Virus record (IMG/VR): IMGVR_UViG_3300045988_117002
Source: a virus
Length of the DNA stretch: 64,000 bases
Reading direction: 5' to 3' (one strand)
Of the stretch, positions 35,382 through 44,171 are shown piece after piece. The notes under the pieces are model-generated. The model was not told the DNA's origin. It made no database searches and saw nothing but the letters and a program-made list of their open reading frames with translations. A program made the translations under genes and the position numbers. The stretch's first letter is position 1. Each line of letters opens with the position of its first letter.

Positions 35382-36314
35382 TCATCTTTCAAAATCAATC
35401 TGTAATGGTTTTACTTTTCCGCTTCTCAATTCTTCCAGTGCGATTTTATTAACTTCATTTGTAAAATAATCCACCTTGTAAGAATCAATAATTTTGTTTT
35501 GATTGTTCATTCTGGTATAAAATTCTTGTGAATTATCTTCCCAGTACCATACAAAATAAGTATGAAGAATACAATTTTCATCATCATATACACGCTTACA
35601 ACGTCTTTTATTTCCATTCATTAAGAAAATATCTTCTGTTACGTTTAATGCGTCATACTCTGTATTTGAACAATGATGTACTACTTCTTTATATGTCCAG
35701 ATGACCGATCCGCCCCAGGTTTTTCCTGTCACAATAGCTCTATGAGTTCTTAACCACGCTTGCATTTCTTCTTCTGTTCTCCATGCGTGATTCTCTATAA
35801 AATACTGATAATCACTATCTGATTTTCTATGAGACAGATAATATTTATCATGTGTTTTTGTGGAAAACATTTCTTTATTATCGTTACATTCCCACAAATT
35901 AACAGTTGCGGTAAAATAAACTCCACCATTTGCACATGCCCCGTTATGTCCAAATGTCCAGAAAATATTAGTTGTCTTTCCAATATATGTAAATCCGTTC
36001 ATTTCATGATGGCTAAATGAACCACCAGAAGTACTATGACAAAATTCGCCTTCGTGAATATTTGTGTACATGTTTCCATTTTCGCAAATTTCCGTATTGT
36101 CATAGATGTTGGTTATCATTGCATGTGGGAAATATTCCCCGTATTCATTTGTATATTGCACTACGTCCCCAACCTGGATACGTTCTGTTGATCGTGAATT
36201 TTCGATCGCATCAATAATTTTATTAACTTTCATCACATCTGATTCTGTGATACCATGTTCATAGTCAAAATGATAATTTTCTTTCTTTAATGTTTCCACT
36301 GTATATTTCTTCAT
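35382..36314 (-). CDS. hypothetical protein
   Basis: 310-aa ORF, co-oriented, His/Trp/Cys-rich. No motif recognised. Confidence 0.65.
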   Translation of the reverse strand: MKKYTVETLKKENYHFDYEHGITESDVMKVNKIIDAIENSRSTERIQVGDVVQYTNEYGEYFPHAMITNIYDNTEICENGNMYTNIHEGEFCHSTSGGSFSHHEMNGFTYIGKTTNIFWTFGHNGACANGGVYFTATVNLWECNDNKEMFSTKTHDKYYLSHRKSDSDYQYFIENHAWRTEEEMQAWLRTHRAIVTGKTWGGSVIWTYKEVVHHCSNTEYDALNVTEDIFLMNGNKRRCKRVYDDENCILHTYFVWYWEDNSQEFYTRMNNQNKIIDSYKVDYFTNEVNKIALEELRSGKVKPLQIDFER

Positions 36315-36336
36315 AATTTCCGCCTTTTAACCTTTC

Positions 36337-36699
36337 TTATTTAATCTCTGTAATTTCTTTCTTGATACTTTCCACTTCTTTATAAAGTGGCTCAAAAATT
36401 TCATAACCATATCCATACTGTTTCAAATACTTTTTGAGCTGTTCTGAATTACATTTATATGAATATCCTTCATTTTCCAGATAATCATTTGTCATAGAAA
36501 TAAATGCAGTCCAGATGATTGTTGTTACTTTTCTTGTGTTCTTTATGTACTCACGCATCTGTTTATCACATCTGAATGTAACATCAATCTCTGTATAAAT
36601 AGAGTCTAAAAAATAATCCTTATTCAATTTCATGTTTCCCGTATTGAGAAAATAGCTATCAAGTGTATCAAATGTAGCTTTAATGTTTGTCTTTGCCAT
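36337..36699 (-). CDS. hypothetical protein
   Basis: 120-aa ORF; AAGGAGGTTT RBS. Confidence 0.6.
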   Translation of the reverse strand: MAKTNIKATFDTLDSYFLNTGNMKLNKDYFLDSIYTEIDVTFRCDKQMREYIKNTRKVTTIIWTAFISMTNDYLENEGYSYKCNSEQLKKYLKQYGYGYEIFEPLYKEVESIKKEITEIK

Positions 36700-36713
36700 T
36701 ATTTTAAACCTCC

Positions 36714-36881
36714 TTAAATTCTTGTGAACATTTCAATAGGTGCTGTTATCGTTCCACCTTCACAAGTTGCGGAAATAACAATATTTCCGTCCTTTGTGAT
36801 TCTATATTCTCCTGTATAAGTGCATTTGATTGAATGCGCTTTGTCGTTGTTACCATAAATAAGTTTCTGTCCTTTTGTCAT
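36714..36881 (-). CDS. hypothetical protein (55 aa)
   Basis: Hand translation MTKGQKLIYGNNDKAHSIKCTYTGEYRITKDGNIVISATCEGGTITAPIEMFTRI. GGGAGGTAAAC RBS. Confidence 0.45.
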   Translation of the reverse strand: MTKGQKLIYGNNDKAHSIKCTYTGEYRITKDGNIVISATCEGGTITAPIEMFTRI

Positions 36882-36886
36882 TCTGT

Positions 36887-37036
36887 TTACCTCCCTATCA
36901 GAGCATTGATTGTTTCAACGTTCTTTAAAACCTGCTTACGTGTTTCTTCATACTGTTTTGACATTGCTTTAATTTCTGCAATGTTTTTTTTGATAGCTGT
37001 CGTGTATGAATTACGACGGAATAACTTTTTGATCAT
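36887..37036 (-). CDS. hypothetical protein (49 aa)
   Basis: Hand translation MIKKLFRRNSYTTAIKKNIAEIKAMSKQYEETRKQVLKNVETINALIGR. GAGGAGGTG RBS. Confidence 0.45.
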   Translation of the reverse strand: MIKKLFRRNSYTTAIKKNIAEIKAMSKQYEETRKQVLKNVETINALIGR

Positions 37037-37049
37037 TCTGTACACCTCC

Positions 37050-37259
37050 TCACATGCACCGACAAACCAAACCGCCTCTTGTGCGGTTACGTTTCAGAGT
37101 TGCTAACTCTTTTTCAAGAGTGTTTGATCTTTCGATCAGGTCAACGGGTACAGATTCCTGATTCCAGAAGTCATAGCAAGCGGAAATTTGACTTTCCACT
37201 TCTGAAAGCTCTTTCTCAAGAGTGTTAATAGTTGCATATTCTCCAAAATATTTAATCAT
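37050..37259 (-). CDS. hypothetical protein (coiled-coil)
   Basis: 69-aa ORF, co-oriented. Confidence 0.5.
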   Translation of the reverse strand: MIKYFGEYATINTLEKELSEVESQISACYDFWNQESVPVDLIERSNTLEKELATLKRNRTRGGLVCRCM

Positions 37260-37297
37260 GACACATTCTCCTTTTTCTTATTCTCTGTTTATAGGTA

Positions 37298-37332
37298 CTA
37301 AAAAGCACACAAGCGTTATTTACTTGTGTGCT
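37298..37332 (-). terminator. rho-independent terminator (minus strand)
   Basis: 10-bp stem agcacacaag (37304-37313) / cttgtgtgct (37323-37332), followed on the minus strand by TTTTT. Confidence 0.6.
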
Positions 37333-37342
37333 ATGTTACTGC

Positions 37343-37501
37343 CTATAAATTTGTTGATACCCAACGTTTTGCACTTGTAAGTGATTTACAATTCTTTAAA
37401 ACTGTATCATTTGCAACTACGTCATAAGTGTTATTATATGTAAGTTCAATCCATACATATTGACCATTGCGTTGGTGTGCCGTTCTCTGTATCACATTCA
37501 T
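37343..37501 (-). CDS. hypothetical protein (52 aa)
   Basis: Hand translation MNVIQRTAHQRNGQYVWIELTYNNTYDVVANDTVLKNCKSLTSAKRWVSTNL. Confidence 0.4.
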   Translation of the reverse strand: MNVIQRTAHQRNGQYVWIELTYNNTYDVVANDTVLKNCKSLTSAKRWVSTNL

Positions 37502-37549
37502 GAATAATATGCCATTCTTTCATTGTAAAACCTCCTTAAAACATGGATT

Positions 37550-37753
37550 TCATTTTGTGTAATACTTTAAAACGTTGATGGTATCTTCAAGGTCGCACAT
37601 CTTACAACCTTTAACATTTTCAATCTGCTCTTGAATATCAACAGGAAAAGCAAGGCTCTCAAACGTTTCTTTGCATTCCTGGAATATCTGATTTTGAATT
37701 GTTTCGGGCAACTCACATACATAGGTATGAGCTGTTATCTTTGTTTTTGTCAT
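37550..37753 (-). CDS. hypothetical protein; first gene of the leftward arm
   Basis: 67-aa ORF; CAGGAGGTATAA RBS. Confidence 0.55.
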   Translation of the reverse strand: MTKTKITAHTYVCELPETIQNQIFQECKETFESLAFPVDIQEQIENVKGCKMCDLEDTINVLKYYTK

Positions 37754-38609
37754 TGTTATACCTCCTGTTATATATTGTTTATTCTCTTTTTGTTCTCATT
37801 TTTGCAAGCCATTATAATTCAACATTAGAAATTATTTATACTTGACTACTACTCACCGCCACGGGTCTTACGCTTTTGCCCGTCTTTCAAATAACTTTGC
37901 TTGTTGATAATGCCTTGCAACCTAAGTAAAACAAAAAAGTAAATGCTTTATGATATAGAATCAACCACATTTACAAGAATTAACTATTTCGGCAGTCATC
38001 CGCTTTTAACGATTGTATGTTATCGGAAAGTTTTATGTATCATTGATAGATGTTACCTTTCAAACTATTTCAGTCTAAACAAAATCTTAGGTCTTTGTTT
38101 TGCATCTTTCCCCGTTTTTTGATCAGATACGGACAACTGAACTTTTTGTTATTGTTACCCTGTTCACATGGGCTTTTGGTTAGACTTTTTATTTACTTGC
38201 TATCTTGTCAGTATCGCAACCCTTGCAAGAAACTTTATAGCAGTTTATACTTTGTTGCTCTGTATTTTACAAGACTTCTCTTGTCTGGATTTAGTTTATG
38301 TATTACCAGAATCAAAAATCTGTTTTTTTTTTGAAAAGAAATAGATAAAACTTTTTGTTGCAATTGCTTTTTAAGATTTTAAAAATCTTTTGAGATATCC
38401 GATTAAAGCTAACCAGATGTCGTTAGACTTGAGGTATCTACTTTTTCAAACTCGACGCGCCCTCACGGGATACTACACGGCTCATAGCTATTAACTAGAG
38501 ATCTCACGAATTATTTCGCTTTACCTCACAAGCGGTAACGACTCCGCTTGTCACAATATGAAGTTTTATGTATCAACTTGTTTCCCTCTGTTGATGGTAT
38601 TACTATAAC

Positions 38610-38623
38610 ATAGGGTACCCTAT
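38610..38623. promoter_or_regulatory. operator O1: perfect 14-bp palindrome ATAGGGTACCCTAT
   Basis: Self-complementary 14-mer; a second identical copy lies at 38686-38699. Confidence 0.7.
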
Positions 38624-38629
38624 TAGTCA

Positions 38630-38643
38630 ATAGGTTACCCTAT
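38630..38643. promoter_or_regulatory. operator O2: ATAGGTTACCCTAT (one mismatch)
   Basis: Lies 6 bp after O1; 13/14 identical to the palindrome. Confidence 0.6.
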
Positions 38644-38685
38644 GATTTTTTATGTTTGTGAATTGTGTATAATTTACATATTTGT

Positions 38686-38699
38686 ATAGGGTACCCTAT
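38686..38699. promoter_or_regulatory. operator O3: perfect 14-bp palindrome ATAGGGTACCCTAT
   Basis: Occupies the spacer between TTTGTA (38681-38686) and TATAAT (38703-38708). Confidence 0.7.
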
Positions 38700-38731
38700 T
38701 AGTATAATATATACAAATGACCATAGAAAAG

Positions 38732-38760
38732 TTGACAAGATAAAGCTATAATGTTAATAT
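38732..38760 (+). promoter_or_regulatory. sigma-A promoter of the rightward arm
   Basis: TTGACA (38732-38737), 17-nt spacer, TAATAT (38755-38760). The predicted start falls on ACTACTCTT (38766-). Confidence 0.6.
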
Positions 38761-38832
38761 GTAATACTACTCTTACACCAAAAATGAAAAGAGAATTATT
38801 ACATATAATAAATAAAGGAAGGTGTAAGAATT

Positions 38833-39021
38833 ATGGCATATAGCCCAAAATCACAAAAAGATTATAATGATAGATGTACAGTTGTAAAACTTAAATATAC
38901 ACCAGAAGAAACGGAAGAATGTGCAAGAATGAAACGGTATGCAAAAGATAATAACATACCAATGAGCGTATATATCAAGAAGCTAATACAGGATGATCTT
39001 GACAGAAAAGGTTATAAATAA
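38833..39021 (+). CDS. ribbon-helix-helix-like small protein
   Basis: AAAGGAAGGTG RBS. VVKLKYTPEETEECARMKRYAKDNNIPMSVYIKKLIQDDL has the strand-helix-helix layout and resembles the 15683..15870 product. Confidence 0.55.
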   Translation: MAYSPKSQKDYNDRCTVVKLKYTPEETEECARMKRYAKDNNIPMSVYIKKLIQDDLDRKGYK

Positions 39022-39025
39022 ATAT

Positions 39026-39472
39026 ATGATAGACGATAAAATAACAAAAGAGCACATAGAACATTTAAGAGACATAAACTATTATGATGCTTTAAAGTTG
39101 TTTGATAATGGAAATATACGTTATTTATATGATGATTTATTTATAGAGTATATACGCCACATAATAAAGAAATGCTTGTTTATAACTGATACTGATAACA
39201 TGACAGATATAATATATAAATGTTTTGTTGTATCTGGTAACGTGTCAAGATGTCTTAATATGCTTAGATATAATAATATACAGTATAATCAAAAGTTATC
39301 AAATGGAAGATATAGAGTTAATAAGGAAGACGTATATAACGCTTTGAATAATGGTAGATGTGCAGATATTGAAATAGATTTTATAGCACATTTATTATGG
39401 TATGGAAGAAACTACAATGAATTAGATAGTTATATAGATACTATGTTGTCAAAGATAAAACAGTTGTATTAA
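39026..39472 (+). CDS. hypothetical protein
   Basis: Track ORF 38993..39472. The ATG at 39026 avoids overlap with the upstream gene. Confidence 0.5.
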   Translation: MIDDKITKEHIEHLRDINYYDALKLFDNGNIRYLYDDLFIEYIRHIIKKCLFITDTDNMTDIIYKCFVVSGNVSRCLNMLRYNNIQYNQKLSNGRYRVNKEDVYNALNNGRCADIEIDFIAHLLWYGRNYNELDSYIDTMLSKIKQLY

Positions 39473-39876
39473 CCGCATATAATAGGAAGTAACCCTTTAT
39501 CAATCATTGTGATCTGCATAACCTGTTATCATGCGTAAAATGTACAGATAGCCTTGTAAGCTTGTATTTTGCGTTTTAAGGGCTTTTATATCGTATATGA
39601 TAATTATTATAGGCTTATATGCTTAAAGTCATTTATACGGCGTTTTACAAGGTTGTTTTTAAGATAGGATGTACAAAAAGGTTACATCTGGACTGTTTGA
39701 AACGTGCAACATGATGATATTTATGTATCATTTTAATACATTGTTGAGCGTATTTTTACGTCAAAATGTGCGCTATTTTATGCAAGAATATTGTGTATTT
39801 ATACATTGTTTGCGATGTGTTTTTATGCAAAAATTTGTATAAGATAGCGTTGTTTTTATGGGTGGAATAGGTAAAA

Positions 39877-39898
39877 TATTGCGGTAAAATTGCGGTAA
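39877..39898. repeat. perfect tandem 11-mer ATTGCGGTAAA x2
   Basis: Copies at 39877-39887 and 39888-39898. Confidence 0.8.
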
Positions 39899-40680
39899 AG
39901 TGTGAGTATTTTATCTGATTTATGATGTATTTTTATCTTGTTTAATGTGTGGTTTTATCTGTTTTTATGTGGTGTTTTATGTCCTGTTTTGAGATAATTT
40001 TGTTGTGATCTGTTGTTATATTTTAATCTCTGGACGGTGTTAGAATGCTGTATCTATAATGATTTTAGATGATACAGATTGTATAATGTGGCGTGGTTAG
40101 TGTGGTTATATTATGCGTTGTTTGTGTGGTATTATGTTAGATTATGTGAGTATGTATTGTAGTATATTGTATAGTATATCAGAGGTATTATAATAGTAAT
40201 ATTATGTGGTATATTGTAGATGTATAGTTGGATATAGATAGATGTATATTGTGAGTTATATGTGATGTATAATGTATATTATGATGTATATTATTGTATG
40301 TTTATGGTGTGAATTAAGCGTGAGTATTTGATGTGATAGTATGTTATGTTAATATGATTTTGTAGTGAGTTTGGGATGTAATCTTGTCTGCTGTTGTGCG
40401 TCCAGATTGTTTTATTTCGTCCAGATTTGTGTTATGTAAGTGTGTTACAATTTTTGTGTTACATTTGTGTATTATAGTGTAGTGGTGTGCCATCCCATTT
40501 TTACCGCTGTTTTTGATGATAAAGTGGAGTGTATTAGTCTTATTTGTTACGTTTTTGTGGTGTAAGTGGTGATATGATTTTGTGTTATTATTTTGTGTTA
40601 TAATCTTGTAATCGAATTTTTTGTTGGAAATCCAACATAACGAACAGAATTGACCAATAGTCATTTATTTACGTTTTTTC

Positions 40681-40726
40681 GCTCATTTTCTCTTGTTTTC
40701 TCTTATTTTCTCACTTTTCCTTTTTT
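40681..40726. repeat. four T-tracts phased at exactly 10 bp (..TTTTCTC..)
   Basis: cattttctc ttgttttctc ttattttctc acttttcc. Helical phasing predicts intrinsic DNA bending. Confidence 0.7.
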
Positions 40727-40748
40727 CGAGTATACTATAATAATATTT

Positions 40749-40766
40749 ATAATTGTATATACAATT
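40749..40766. repeat. 18-bp perfect palindrome TAATTGTATATACAATTA
   Basis: Self-complementary. It sits where the plus-strand composition flips from C-poor to G-poor. Confidence 0.8.
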
Positions 40767-42062
40767 AAAATCTCCCGTCCGTGATCTGCGTCCAGAATAC
40801 CCAATAAAATTTTAGTTTTATCATACTAACTTTTATATCCTGTACCACCCCCATGTTTTTGACCGGAGTAAAAATGTCAAATAATAACAAAACTTGACTT
40901 TTTACACTTCCTACAAAAGTGCAAAAGTTAGTTTTATTCAACAATAGCAAGGCTTTTCGGGAATTGCATATTACACTATTTTAATCCGATTTTATGATCC
41001 TGTTTTATAATGTATACCAGTAGGACGGGGATAGTTTACATTTGTAATTTTAATATGATATTGTCATATCCACTGATGAGTTCAACTCACACTACTCGTC
41101 CAAAAATCAAAACTGGTAATCCATCATCCCACACTCGCCTCCAACAGAAAAAATTCTCACCCTCACATCACCTCACAAATTGCACCAAATCTACACACAA
41201 CTCACCAAAATAATCAAAATGAGTTCGAGACGGAGTTCGACCGCACCCTTACATGTCAACGCAAAATAAATTTTCTGACAATTCTAAATCACCAATTTTC
41301 ACCCAAAATTACCTATCCCAAATCACAATATCCCTTGCAAAATCTAACAATTTACGAAGTCCTCTCGAAGCGATACCATCACATAATAAATTTAATCTGC
41401 GCACAATTCCAAATAATTTACTCCATCTTCATCCTGCAATATCCCAAATTCCCTTGCCACATCTACCTAAAACGCAGCAATCACTTCTTATTATAAGCAC
41501 ACATCACTCTCCCATCTCAATCAAAATTATCACCCAAAACACTCCCCTCGAAGTCCCAAATCTCAGCTTACCAGAAAATACCCATCTAAATTGTGTTAAA
41601 CTTTCGCACAATTCTAATCACTAAAATTTACTTAAAAAATATATCATAAAAACTTGAAGTGCCAAATTGACACCTCAAGATACAATCATCAAAAACTCTA
41701 AAATCAATTTTATTCTCACTATTCTAATGTACAACTTAAAGCAGACATCACAACTACCCTCACCTGAGCAACTTAGCATCTGCATATTACAATTTTCAAA
41801 TTAAATCTACATCATATTATCTGCAATAAATATCTCAAACAGAGAATCTTATATACAAAGATATATAGGGGGTACTTTTACATCTACAAAAAATCACTAC
41901 TCTCATATCCCACCTAACCTCAAATTTTCACCAGCAAAAATAAATCCTATTTATTTCAAATAGAGAATCTACAACCAGTAACATGCAAACTAAATATTTC
42001 AATACGCAAAGAGAGAAATAATAATTATCAAAAATCATTAAAATAAAAAGGAGATTACACAA

Positions 42063-42686
42063 ATGAATAATAAAATTAACAGTAATGAATATTTGACTAA
42101 ATATTTTAATGGCACAAGATTATATCCTATCAATCTTATTAATTATTTTAAACATTATTACAATTATGATTTTTGCTACCAACATAATGATAATAATTTT
42201 GATGGATCTTTAGATATTATTTTGGATTATCAAGATGCATATAGATTAATTACTTCAAATATATTTCAACCACTTACAATATACAAATGGAATTTTTCAT
42301 CGGCAACATTAAACAAAATCAAATCCATAACAAACAAATATCTTGCCGATAAGAGAATATACATACCAAAAATAACACCAAAATCATACTACTATCTCTC
42401 AAGGGGATATGGTAAATCAATCAGAGAATTGCGTTATTTCATAAAACTAATATCAGATTCAGAAAAGAGTCAATTTTCATATAATCCATATTCATCAGAA
42501 TATACAGTGCAAAATTATAAATCTGATATGGAGAATTTATATAAGAAGATAATATCTGAAAAGATACTTAACTCATATGAAACACAAAATAACTCTACAA
42601 AACAGAAAAGTAATAACAAAGAAGAAATGAGCTGCTTAAAAATTATTGCCGATAAAAACAATATAAATAAGAAATTTCACAAATAA
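42063..42686 (+). CDS. hypothetical protein (Asn/Tyr/Lys-rich)
   Basis: 207-aa ORF; AAAGGAGAT RBS. Confidence 0.6.
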   Translation: MNNKINSNEYLTKYFNGTRLYPINLINYFKHYYNYDFCYQHNDNNFDGSLDIILDYQDAYRLITSNIFQPLTIYKWNFSSATLNKIKSITNKYLADKRIYIPKITPKSYYYLSRGYGKSIRELRYFIKLISDSEKSQFSYNPYSSEYTVQNYKSDMENLYKKIISEKILNSYETQNNSTKQKSNNKEEMSCLKIIADKNNINKKFHK

Positions 42687-42701
42687 AGGAGATCAACCAT
42701 T

Positions 42702-43244
42702 ATGAGAAAATCAAAAGACGACAAAAATAACACAACTACTACTATCACACCATTGACATCTAATGAGACACCAATTGAGATTGCATTACAGATTGACAAA
42801 GATGGAATGACAACGGCAAGTAAACTATATGCTTTCTTAGAATTATTACCATCAAATTTTGCTAGATGGTGTAAGAAAAATATCGTAAATAATAAATTTG
42901 CAACTGAAAATGAAGATTATTTCCCGTTCATCATGCAAGAAGAACGAGATAAACCAAAAAATCCAAAACCAAAAACAGACTATAAACTTACATCTGAATT
43001 TGCAAAGAAACTTTCAATGACAGGTAACACTGAAAAACATGAGAAAGCAAGAAATTATTTTATTGCTTGTGAGCAAGGATTAAAAATCGCTACCGCTAAA
43101 TTACAGGCAAGAAATGATGATATTCAAGCTTTAGCACAGAGTGTAAATAATCTTGTACAAAAGATTGATAATAAATTTGATTCATTAGAAGCTAGAATAT
43201 CTACATTAGAAAACACTACCCCAAAATCATTACCAAAGAAATAA
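42702..43244 (+). CDS. AntA/AntB-type antirepressor-domain protein with coiled-coil tail
   Basis: AAAGGAGAT RBS. TASKLYAFLELLPSNFARWCKKNIVNNKFATENEDYF fits the remembered AntA pattern (Lh.fL.....f..W.k..i....f.en.Df). Confidence 0.5.
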   Translation: MRKSKDDKNNTTTTITPLTSNETPIEIALQIDKDGMTTASKLYAFLELLPSNFARWCKKNIVNNKFATENEDYFPFIMQEERDKPKNPKPKTDYKLTSEFAKKLSMTGNTEKHEKARNYFIACEQGLKIATAKLQARNDDIQALAQSVNNLVQKIDNKFDSLEARISTLENTTPKSLPKK

Positions 43245-43268
43245 CGGTTCACATACTGGCAATCCAAG

Positions 43269-43562
43269 ATGTTTCCTAAATATCAAGCATTAGCAGAATA
43301 TTTTGAAATCCAACTGAAAGATCTCTATAAGAATCTATATAGAGAATTTCAGAATATGTATCCTGATATTGAGCTAAACCAGATTGTAGATGATTATTGC
43401 TACGAGAATAAATTAGAAACTTGTTACACCTTAGACGCAATAGAACACGATAAAACTGTAAGAGTATTATTTGAGCAGTTAGTAGATACTCTTTTGGAGA
43501 AATATGATTTAGTACTTCATAAAGAGAAACTTATAGTATCAACAATTTTTGACACAAAATAA
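43269..43562 (+). CDS. hypothetical protein
   Basis: 97-aa ORF, co-oriented; weak RBS. Confidence 0.5.
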   Translation: MFPKYQALAEYFEIQLKDLYKNLYREFQNMYPDIELNQIVDDYCYENKLETCYTLDAIEHDKTVRVLFEQLVDTLLEKYDLVLHKEKLIVSTIFDTK

Positions 43563-43625
43563 TTATCCTTTGTGAGAACAAATAAAAAATACACCAAAAA
43601 TCAATTTGAAGGGAGAAACACATAA

Positions 43626-43832
43626 ATGTCCACTAAGTCCATTACAATTGAAAATCACAGCCCAAAATATAATAGATTACTGAAAAACTTAGCAAACCAA
43701 TCAACTGATACTATTCTGGAATGGAAAACGTATTTCAAAAAATGTAAAGTAAATCCAAAATGCAACACTGACTATTTCATAATGACTATTCAAGTGTGTG
43801 AAGATATTCTAAAAGAAAGAAGAGAGAAATAA
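43626..43832 (+). CDS. hypothetical protein
   Basis: 68-aa ORF; GAAGGGAGA RBS. Confidence 0.5.
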   Translation: MSTKSITIENHSPKYNRLLKNLANQSTDTILEWKTYFKKCKVNPKCNTDYFIMTIQVCEDILKERREK

Positions 43833-43837
43833 TACAT

Positions 43838-44044
43838 ATGACCGATTTAGAAAAGAAATTAAATAAGATTTACAATTATGCTGATTTAATCCATTCGGAG
43901 AATCTACTAATACTATCAATTATTGGCTCTCTGTTAAGAGAAGTTGATAAACCAGAGATTGAAAAATGTATCAAAACTTATATTCAGCAAAGAGAGAATA
44001 TTCAAAAAGGAGTATACGAAGATGATGTTGAGATTACACAATAA
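43838..44044 (+). CDS. hypothetical protein
   Basis: 68-aa ORF; 5-nt gap from the upstream gene. Confidence 0.5.
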   Translation: MTDLEKKLNKIYNYADLIHSENLLILSIIGSLLREVDKPEIEKCIKTYIQQRENIQKGVYEDDVEITQ

Positions 44045-44171
44045 TACAAGCAAGATGTGGTTTTTTAAAATATATTTTATTTATGAATGTAATGAATAAA
44101 TAAAATATATTTAGTCTGTCTTATTAAAAAGTAGTATATCTTCTTTCTGTTCAGTTTATGGGAACTGGGTA

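Noticed and set aside
2331-35983. Same-strand alternative-frame ORFs 2331..2519, 14587..14811, 33220..33444 and 35795..35983.
   Set aside because: They are nested inside, or overlap heavily with, longer ORFs that have recognisable motifs or better starts. 33220..33444 is generated by the 45-bp tandem duplication.
326-36217. Plus-strand ORFs embedded in the leftward arm. Examples: 326..529, 944..1216, 2511..2744, 3263..3472, 5992..6201, 6329..6544, 9495..9836, 10968..11261, 11293..11595, 11999..12217, 14323..14676, 16272..16454, 16581..16787, 16929..17129, 17357..17542, 18195..18497, 21134..21543, 22195..22380, 24356..24550, 26941..27168, 29604..29885, 30368..30559, 31652..32105, 32972..33259, 34314..34604, 35829..36217, 36834..37106, 37631..37828.
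   Set aside because: They are antisense shadows of longer, RBS-led, tightly packed minus-strand genes. Their products are Leu/Ile/Phe/Ser-rich, as expected for the reverse frames of AT-rich coding DNA.
37343-37530. An apparent frameshifted gene (MKEWHIIHECDTENGTPTQWSICMD* followed by a second frame).
   Set aside because: The second frame has its own in-frame ATG (37499-37501), giving an intact 52-aa ORF. No frameshift needs to be invoked.
38050-38334. 94-aa plus-strand ORF in the leader region.
   Set aside because: No RBS, a Leu/Phe/Cys-rich nonsense-like composition, and isolation in non-coding DNA.
40344-41624. Track ORFs 40344..40664 (-), 41010..41213 (+) and 41253..41624 (+) inside the central gap.
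   Set aside because: Their products are low-complexity (T/N/H/Q/P/K/I/L). There is no RBS. They are explained by the near absence of G on the sense strand, which removes TGA/TAG stops. I treat them as non-coding.
39900-42000. The idea that the two halves of the gap are a long inverted repeat (joined inverted terminal repeats or a telomere-resolution site).
   Set aside because: I compared the reverse complement of 40621-40740 with 40770-40900 by eye and found no sequence-level match. Only the base composition is mirrored, and only the 18-bp palindrome is truly dyad-symmetric.
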